64,000 nucleotides of DNA from an uncultured Lachnospiraceae bacterium. GTDB taxonomy: Bacteria; Bacillota; Clostridia; Christensenellales; UBA1242. Made by a program: the position numbers and the translations under genes. Below, piece by piece: positions 1-5,355 of this stretch. Under the pieces are notes generated by a model that was given only the letters and a program-made list of their open reading frames with translations, searched no databases and was not told where the DNA came from. The stretch lies in the NCBI GenBank assembly GCA_964541815.1, contig CAZIRI010000003.1, forward strand, positions 156-64,155, in the 5' to 3' direction. Numbering within the stretch: the first letter of the stretch is position 1; the number at the start of each line of letters is the position of its first letter.

Positions 1-85
1 GTTGTTGCTACAAAAGAATGATATTTTCAAAAAAAATATAAATATTTATTATATATTCTTAGTTAATAATTTTTGAAACTAATAC

Positions 86-130
86 AAAAAAAAGGAACAT
101 TGTATTTATTTTACATTGTTCCTTTATTTT
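86..130 (-). terminator. Hairpin flanked by an A-run and a T-run; probable bidirectional intrinsic terminator downstream of tRNA-Ala
   Basis: ggaacattgta (94-104) pairs with tacattgttcc (112-122): 11 bp with one T-T mismatch and a 7-nt loop. An A-run lies 5' and a T-rich run 3', so a U-tract follows on either strand. Confidence 0.4.
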
Positions 131-173
131 GCTAGTTTCAAAAAGGTTAACCCTTTGTGTCAACTTTTTTGAT

Positions 174-249
174 TGGTGGAGATAGACGGATTCGAACCGT
201 CGACCCTCTGCTTGCAAGGCAGATGCTCTACCAACTGAGCCATACCCCC
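174..249 (-). tRNA. tRNA-Ala, anticodon UGC, with encoded CCA
   Basis: The reverse complement reads GGGGGTATGGCTCAGTTGGTAGAGCATCTGCCTTGCAAGCAGAGGGTCGACGGTTCGAATCCGTCTATCTCCACCA. It has a 7-bp acceptor stem with the G3:U70 alanine identity pair. The anticodon stem is TCTGC/GCAGA and the loop is CTTGCAA, giving anticodon TGC. A GGTTCGAATCC T-arm is present. Total length is 76 nt. Confidence 0.95.
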
Positions 250-262
250 ATTTGCAAACACA

Positions 263-291
263 ATGATATCACAATTTTGTTTTTGTGTCAA
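263..291 (-). promoter_or_regulatory. Sigma-A-type promoter for tRNA-Ala
   Basis: On the minus strand: TTGACA (286-291), a 17-nt spacer, then TGaTATCAT, an extended -10 (-10 hexamer at 263-268). The -10 lies about 14 nt upstream of the mature tRNA 5' end. Confidence 0.55.
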
Positions 292-363
292 GAAAAAATC
301 AAAAATTTATGAAAGTTTCGAAAAAATTTTGATATTTTTCACAATTTTGTTGTGTTTTTGTGG

Positions 364-403
364 CAAAAAAGCAAAAAAGTGCGAACAATATTCATGTTCA
401 CAC
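364..403 (-). terminator. Intrinsic terminator after the bPH-domain gene
   Basis: On the minus strand GTGTGAACA pairs with TGTTCGCAC: 9 bp including one G-U that forms only on the minus-strand RNA. TTTTTTGCTTTTTT follows. Confidence 0.5.
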
Positions 404-424
404 TCTTTGTTTTCAAAAATAATT

Positions 425-811
425 TTACATTTTGAGTTCTGAAAGTCCAACATTGTGGAGTTTTCTTTCTTGTTCAACATAGTTGGAAATCAAATCTCTC
501 ACTTTGAATGGGTCTTTGATGTTTTTCAGTTCAAGTGTTGGATGAGTGTCATCATTACTTGTCAAAATGATTGTTCCAGTGTTGAAAATTTTCCCAATCA
601 ATGATTGATTGAGTGCGATATCTGTGATTCTGTAAAGGTTGAGTTCTTCGATATCTGAATAGAAAAATCCGATATCGCAAAACATTTTGAACCATGTTGC
701 ACCTTTTCTCACAAGTCGATATCTCGTGAAAGAAAGTGGCATTCCAAGAAATCTCTTTCTATCCGCCCAAACAAGTTCTGTGCCTTCACCAAATTTTTTT
801 TGTACATTCAT
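425..811 (-). CDS. Bacterial PH-domain protein (bPH_2 / DUF304, YdbT-like short form)
   Basis: 128 aa. The segment ...FTRYRLVRKG...LYRITDIALNQSLIGKIFNTGTIILTSNDD...LELKNIKDPFKVRDLI matches the bPH_2 pattern as I remember it (Y-x-I-T-D...Q-x-x-x-x-R/K-x-x-G-x-G-T-I). It has its own terminator. Confidence 0.75.
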   Translation of the reverse strand: MNVQKKFGEGTELVWADRKRFLGMPLSFTRYRLVRKGATWFKMFCDIGFFYSDIEELNLYRITDIALNQSLIGKIFNTGTIILTSNDDTHPTLELKNIKDPFKVRDLISNYVEQERKLHNVGLSELKM

Positions 812-897
812 AGCAGTTCTCCTGTAGTTTCAATTATTAAGTATTTTACTATAAACAAACAAAAAAGTAAAGGACTTTGATAAAAAAAATTGATTAA

Positions 898-925
898 ACA
901 AAAAAAATCCTCGAAAATCGAGGAC
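898..925 (-). terminator. Intrinsic terminator after the Cys/Gly-rich peptide gene
   Basis: tcctcga (908-914) pairs with tcgagga (918-924), a perfect stem. On the minus strand a T8 run follows (A-run 900-907 on the plus strand). Confidence 0.55.
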
Positions 926-931
926 TTTTCA

Positions 932-1144
932 TCAGTTGCAACTGTTTCCAGTGAACCCGCATTTTGACAAAATGAGCAAAAGAAGAATTGTTTTGCAGTC
1001 AAGATTTATTCCGCATTTTGAAAATCCTCCACATCCGCAGTTTTGCAAAAGCAAGAGCAGAAAGATGATTGAACAACAATCCATTCCGCCACCACATTCA
1101 TTTTGAACGCTGTCGCCACAATTGTTTCCGCCAAAAAAATTCAT
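932..1144 (-). CDS. Small Cys/Gly-rich protein with two Leu-rich hydrophobic segments; possibly a YjcZ-like tiny-TM sporulation-type peptide
   Basis: 70 aa with 10 Cys. There is an internal duplication: DCCSIIFLLLLLQNCGCGG and DCKTILLLLILSKCGFTG. A strong SD (AGGAGG, complement of 1148-1153) lies 3 nt from the ATG. The gene has its own terminator. Confidence 0.6.
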   Translation of the reverse strand: MNFFGGNNCGDSVQNECGGGMDCCSIIFLLLLLQNCGCGGFSKCGINLDCKTILLLLILSKCGFTGNSCN

Positions 1145-1309
1145 TTGTTCCTCCTAAAATTCTTATGTATTTTTTTATGCAAAATTCCATTGCACAATAT
1201 CAGTGTATTAAATAGTGCGAAAAAATGTGACTTTTTATGCAAGCGGGTTGAAAATAGTGTCTTTTGTGATAAAAATTTTTAACAAATTCTTGTTTGTATG
1301 AAATCTTTT

Positions 1310-1339
1310 TTGACTTTTGAAATTGTTATATGATAAAAT
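1310..1339 (+). promoter_or_regulatory. Candidate sigma-A promoter of the SPFH/ESCRT-III/Vps4-like operon
   Basis: TTGACT (1310-1315), an 18-nt spacer, then TGaTAAAAT, an extended -10 (1331-1339). Confidence 0.4.
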
Positions 1340-1367
1340 ATTGTTGAGGTATTGGACATAATAGACT

Positions 1368-2201
1368 ATGGAAAAAAATGTTATCACATTTGTTGGCAAT
1401 AATGAGAAACTTTTCACAAAGATTTTGGTGGAAAATGTTTCATCGCCAAAATTGACTTTGATTGTTCCAGAAACACACAACGCAATCCTTGTCAAAGATG
1501 GGCAAATGCTCCAAACTTTGTCATCTGGGAAATATTTGATGTCATCTCTTATCGATTTGAAAACGGATGCTGACAGCAAAATTGAAATTCTGTTTATGTC
1601 AAAAACAGCAAAACTGAAATTGTTGTGGGGCACAGCACAAATGTTTATGGTCTATGACTCAAATCTTGAAGAAAATTACAAGGTTGGAATGAGCGGGGAT
1701 ATCGATGTTCAAATTGGCGACCCACGAAAGTGCTATCTGTATCTCATCGGGGCGGACAGCGATTTGACAAGTGAAAATTTGCAAATGCGAATTATGTCAA
1801 CTGTGGTGTCCGTTATTGAGGGTGAAGTTGTTGAATATATAAATGCAAACAGTGTCCCATTCAACAAAATTTCTGTTGTTCGAAATGCGATGACGAATTC
1901 GGCATTGACAAAAATAAGTCAAAAACTTATGAATGAATATGGAATAACTGTTTTCACTCTCAACATTGCGAATATTATTATCGATGAGCAAGATTATGCA
2001 AGACTGAACGCTTTGTCAAAAGGGCAAAATGCAAAGAAAGAAAAAACTTGCCCCGCTTGTGGCGCTGTGTTGAATGAAAATGCAAGTTTTTGCAATGAGT
2101 GTGGCAGTGAAGTTTTGGGAGATAAAATTTGTCCTGAATGTTCGACAGTAAATCCGCCAAAATCAAAGTTTTGTTCTGGCTGTGGGCATAAGTTTGCATG
2201 A
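1368..2201 (+). CDS. SPFH/Band-7 family protein with a C-terminal double zinc ribbon (COG4260 / B. subtilis YdjI-like)
   Basis: 277 aa. The N-terminal part, ...LIVPETHNAILVKDGQMLQTLSSGKYLM...LLWGT...IGDPRKCYLYLIG, fits the YdjI-type SPFH pattern. The C-terminus has two CxxC-x(n)-CxxC ribbons: CPACGAVLNENASFCNECG and CPECSTVNPPKSKFCSGCG. Confidence 0.7.
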   Translation: MEKNVITFVGNNEKLFTKILVENVSSPKLTLIVPETHNAILVKDGQMLQTLSSGKYLMSSLIDLKTDADSKIEILFMSKTAKLKLLWGTAQMFMVYDSNLEENYKVGMSGDIDVQIGDPRKCYLYLIGADSDLTSENLQMRIMSTVVSVIEGEVVEYINANSVPFNKISVVRNAMTNSALTKISQKLMNEYGITVFTLNIANIIIDEQDYARLNALSKGQNAKKEKTCPACGAVLNENASFCNECGSEVLGDKICPECSTVNPPKSKFCSGCGHKFA

Positions 2202-2215
2202 AAAGGGAGTGAAAA

Positions 2216-2623
2216 ATGATTGCGGTTTATATATTGATTGGTGTGGCACTTGTTGGGCTTGCGGTGTATTTTGTGATTAAGGAAACAAAATTCTCTTCAC
2301 ATGTTGAAAACATGGGTAGTCATGCTGTTGAAAAAAATAAAAAAGCAATAAATAATATGGTTGCAAATGTCGAGAGTATCATTGTTTATGCAAACGGAAA
2401 TGATGTGCTTTGTAGAAGACTGGTTGAAGTGAAAGACAATATAAGATTTTTCAATCCAACTTCCGATTCAAAGGTTGAACTTATTGACACAAAAATTGCA
2501 AATCGACTTGACGACTTGAAAATTATGGTTGCAAAGGACAACACACAAGAGACTTGTTTTCGTGTGCTGGAAGAAATTGAAGCATTTATCGTGCAGAGAA
2601 AAAAGGATGAGCAGAAATCATGA
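2216..2623 (+). CDS. Small N-terminally membrane-anchored helical protein, function unknown
   Basis: 135 aa. One N-terminal TM helix (IAVYILIGVALVGLAVYFVI) followed by a predicted helical soluble part. SD AGGGAG. Lies 14 nt after the SPFH gene, and its stop overlaps the next start (ATGA). Confidence 0.6.
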   Translation: MIAVYILIGVALVGLAVYFVIKETKFSSHVENMGSHAVEKNKKAINNMVANVESIIVYANGNDVLCRRLVEVKDNIRFFNPTSDSKVELIDTKIANRLDDLKIMVAKDNTQETCFRVLEEIEAFIVQRKKDEQKS

Positions 2624-2982
2624 ACAGAGAATATTATGCTTCACCAAATGTGACTGATGAAGTTGTTCGACAAAAAGTGGTTGATGAATTGAATCTTGGA
2701 TATTTCAATTTGAGTGACGGGCTTTTTGAACAGGCAAAACTAAACTTTTCGCTTGCACTTCAATTTGACAAAAAATGCTCCGAAGCGTATTGGGGCTTGG
2801 CGCTATGCAAATTGCAAATTCGAGATGAAAGCGTGTTGAATGAAAAACCTTCGACATACAAAAATATCACGGGGTTGAGTGAATACAAAAAAGCACTTGA
2901 CTATGCAACTGAAAAACAAAAAAAAGTCTACAAAAGATTGACTGAGCAGATTATGATTATACATTCTGTCGAATACATTTAG
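2620..2982 (+). CDS. TPR-like helical protein; stand-alone paralog of residues ~45-150 of the 1,273-aa protein at 5356
   Basis: 120 aa. GLFEQAKLNFSLALQFDKKCSEAYWGLALCKL...YKKALDYA aligns by eye with LKFDEAIEAFDKIINLYPMSFNAYYGRMQARN...YKLAVQYA in ORF 5356-9177. Confidence 0.6.
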   Translation: MNREYYASPNVTDEVVRQKVVDELNLGYFNLSDGLFEQAKLNFSLALQFDKKCSEAYWGLALCKLQIRDESVLNEKPSTYKNITGLSEYKKALDYATEKQKKVYKRLTEQIMIIHSVEYI

Positions 2983-2992
2983 GTGGTGAAAA

Positions 2993-3601
2993 ATGTGGTT
3001 ATTTGGAAGAAATAAATTCAAAAAATTAAATCGTGAAGATTTGGTGAATTCAATTTGCGAACTTGAAAGACAAGAACGCACTGTTGAGGCGGAAATCTTC
3101 CAGCATGTGAAAGAAATTGACGCCCTTATGGAAAAGGGGAAAAAAGAAGCAAGCAAGGATTTGCAGTTGTTGTATGCAAAGAAAATTGGGCATCTCAATG
3201 AGCAGAAAGACGCTTGTATGCAAAGGGGAATGTATCTTTTATACAACATTCGCCTTATGGAAAAATTGAAAGATGCTTACGACAGCAACACTTTCTTCAA
3301 AACTCAAACAAAAGTGCCGTTGAGTGAACTTTTGAAAGACCAAACAGGACTTGCAAAATTCTTAAATAAGGCACTGCAAACCCGAGTCAAAAGTGAAGAT
3401 GTGCTGACAAATGCGGATGAACTTTTCACGGAAGTAAAATCTGCTTATGACATAAGCAAACCTATTTATGGTGTCAACAAAGAAGAAGATGAAGTTCTGT
3501 CAATCTTTGAGAAAGACGCAAGCATGAAAGAAGAGCAAGAATTTGCACAGGCAAAAGCAAAATCAACAATAAAAAAGAAAAAAATGATGGAGGAAGAGTA
3601 A
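2993..3601 (+). CDS. ESCRT-III (Snf7/CHMP)-like coiled-coil protein, the divergent paralog (CHMP2/Vps2-like N-terminus)
   Basis: 202 aa. It starts MWLFGRNKFKK (from memory, CHMP2A starts MDLLFGRRK). A basic helical hairpin follows with ...ALMEKGKKEASKDLQLLYAKKIGHLNEQ..., then an acidic/charged tail. SD AGGTGG. Lies 1 nt upstream of the second paralog. Confidence 0.5.
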   Translation: MWLFGRNKFKKLNREDLVNSICELERQERTVEAEIFQHVKEIDALMEKGKKEASKDLQLLYAKKIGHLNEQKDACMQRGMYLLYNIRLMEKLKDAYDSNTFFKTQTKVPLSELLKDQTGLAKFLNKALQTRVKSEDVLTNADELFTEVKSAYDISKPIYGVNKEEDEVLSIFEKDASMKEEQEFAQAKAKSTIKKKKMMEEE

Positions 3602-3602
3602 A

Positions 3603-4199
3603 ATGGGACTTTTTAAGAGCAAACAAGAAAAAGAAATCGAAAAGAAGATGTTGATAAAAAGAACAATCAACTCAATGAACAAACAAATTGACAAGTTGGA
3701 AGACCAAAAACATGTGTTTATTGAAGCGGCAAAGACAGCAAAGGAAAAGGGCTTAGACTCTCAATTCAAACTTGCTTTGAGTGGCTACAAAATGACTGTT
3801 CAACAGCAAAAAAGAGCGCAAGAAATGAAGTTGAATTTTGAAATCACCGCTCAAATGAGAGATGTGACAATGATGACTTCCGACTTTTTGCATGGGCTTT
3901 CAGATGTGAGCAAGGAAATGGCAAAACTTGCCAATGCAAAAGAATTCTCAAAAATTCAAGCACAATTTGAGCAAGCAATGGTTGCTGTTGAAACTCAAAC
4001 TGACCAAATGGACAACTTTATGGATATGACACAAGAAACTTTCTACAATGCGGGAAAGAGTAAGTCAAACAAAATGTCCGATGAAGAATTTGAAAAGTTT
4101 ATCAACGAACAAATAAGTCAAGACGATGAATTGTCCGACAGCAAAATTGACCAAGAAATGGCTGATTTGAAGAAAAAAATTGATGCTGAATCAAACTAA
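3603..4199 (+). CDS. ESCRT-III (Snf7/CHMP)-like protein (CHMP3/CHMP1-like) with a C-terminal MIM1-like motif
   Basis: 198 aa. It starts MGLFKSKQEK (from memory, CHMP3 starts MGLFGKTQEK). The hairpin is AAKTAKEKGLDSQFKLALSGYKMTVQQQKRAQEMK. The core SKIQAQFEQAMVAVETQTDQMDNFMDMT resembles CHMP1B EKISALMDKFEHQFETLDVQTQQMEDTM. The acidic tail ends DDELSDSKIDQEMADLKKKIDAESN. Confidence 0.7.
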   Translation: MGLFKSKQEKEIEKKMLIKRTINSMNKQIDKLEDQKHVFIEAAKTAKEKGLDSQFKLALSGYKMTVQQQKRAQEMKLNFEITAQMRDVTMMTSDFLHGLSDVSKEMAKLANAKEFSKIQAQFEQAMVAVETQTDQMDNFMDMTQETFYNAGKSKSNKMSDEEFEKFINEQISQDDELSDSKIDQEMADLKKKIDAESN

Positions 4200-4212
4200 A
4201 AGGTGATAGAAA

Positions 4213-5352
4213 GTGAAAGAAGAAACCAAAATCGCAGTTTTGTCAGAAACTTTTGATTTGTATATGAAAAACGCTCGTGAAGCAAAGGCTCACGGGAAGA
4301 TTGCTCTTGCAAAGAAAAATTTTCTTCTTGCAAGCGAAACGATGATGAGAATGGCAAAACAAAGTGACGGGAAGTTGAAAGAAGTCCGAATGGACAGGGC
4401 AAGAGCATTGCTTGACATTGCAGAGGGATTGGCGAAAGAAGATTTGAAAAGTTCAAAGAAAAATAACGAGACAAAAGAAGAAGATGAGAGCGTCAAGAAA
4501 TGGCAAGCAGCCAAAATTCCTGATATAAAGTTCAGTGATGTTGCAGGTCTTGAAGAAGTCAAAAAAGCAATAACAATTCGAATGATAAATCCAATAAAAT
4601 ATCCCGACAAATACAAAATGTATGGGAAAAAGACTGGGGGCGGTGTTCTTTTGTATGGCCCACCAGGAACGGGAAAAACTATGATTGCGAAAGCGATTGC
4701 AAATGAAGTTGGGGCAAAGTTCTATGCTGTGAAAGGCTCTGACATTGTGAGCAAATGGGTTGGCGACAGCGAAAAGAATATCAACTCACTGTTTGAAGAG
4801 GCGAACAAGCAAGACAGAGCAATCATTTTTATTGATGAAATGGACAACTTGCTTGCAAAGCGTGGAAATGACACTCATAACGACAAGAGAGTGAATGAGT
4901 TTTTGCAACAAATTGACGGGTTCGCTGGAAGAAATCAAAATTTGCTTCTTTTGGGAGCAACAAACAGACCTTGGGATATTGACAGTGCAGCAATGAGGTC
5001 AGGGAGATTTTCTCAAAAAATTTATCTTGATTTGCCCGATGCACCCGCAAGAAAATTTATGATTGAGAAAAATTTGAAAGGTGTGCCACTTGCGGAAGGC
5101 TTTGATGTTGACAGAGTTGTTTCTCAAACAGAGCATTTCAGCGGAGCCGATATAGAAGAATTGTGTGACAGAGCAAAAGATGAGCCACTGCTCAAAGCGA
5201 TTGCGACTGACACGGTTGTCAATGTCACAAATGAGCATTTTGACAAGGTGCTTGAAGTCATGCCACCAAGCGTGACAGAGAGTGAAATGAAACTCTTTGA
5301 AAAATACAACAACGAAGTTGCAAGTTATATCAAAAAGAAAAAAGCGGAGTAA
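4213..5352 (+). CDS. Vps4/CdvC-like AAA+ ATPase (meiotic clade) with an N-terminal MIT-like helical domain
   Basis: 379 aa with a GTG start after AAGGTGA. The N-terminal ~75 aa are helical and MIT-like (KAHGKIALAKKNFLLASETMMRMAKQSDGKLKEVRMDRARALLDIAEGL). Walker A is GPPGTGKT (4657-4680). Pore loop 1 is SKWVGDSEK (Vps4 has SKW[LM]GESEK). Walker B is IIFIDEMD. Also present: GATNRPWDIDSA and a C-terminal PSVTESEMKLFEKY. Confidence 0.8.
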   Translation: MKEETKIAVLSETFDLYMKNAREAKAHGKIALAKKNFLLASETMMRMAKQSDGKLKEVRMDRARALLDIAEGLAKEDLKSSKKNNETKEEDESVKKWQAAKIPDIKFSDVAGLEEVKKAITIRMINPIKYPDKYKMYGKKTGGGVLLYGPPGTGKTMIAKAIANEVGAKFYAVKGSDIVSKWVGDSEKNINSLFEEANKQDRAIIFIDEMDNLLAKRGNDTHNDKRVNEFLQQIDGFAGRNQNLLLLGATNRPWDIDSAAMRSGRFSQKIYLDLPDAPARKFMIEKNLKGVPLAEGFDVDRVVSQTEHFSGADIEELCDRAKDEPLLKAIATDTVVNVTNEHFDKVLEVMPPSVTESEMKLFEKYNNEVASYIKKKKAE

Positions 5353-5355
5353 AAA

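Noticed and set aside
808-1002. 64-aa ORF on the minus strand overlapping the Cys-rich gene's 3' end
   Set aside because: It spans the intrinsic terminator at 898-925 and the end of another gene. It has no SD and low-complexity content.
1235-1633. 132-aa antisense ORF across the operon promoter and the 5' end of the SPFH gene
   Set aside because: It lies antisense to a well-supported CDS and its promoter, and it has an AT-rich codon artefact composition (Ile/Phe/Asn/Lys).
2216-2623. Assigning the 135-aa membrane protein to YdjH/PspB/PspC/LiaF-type Psp partners
   Set aside because: It has only a single N-terminal TM helix and an unremarkable helical tail. I saw no PspC, toast-rack or YdjH-like motif I could recognise, so it is left as unknown.
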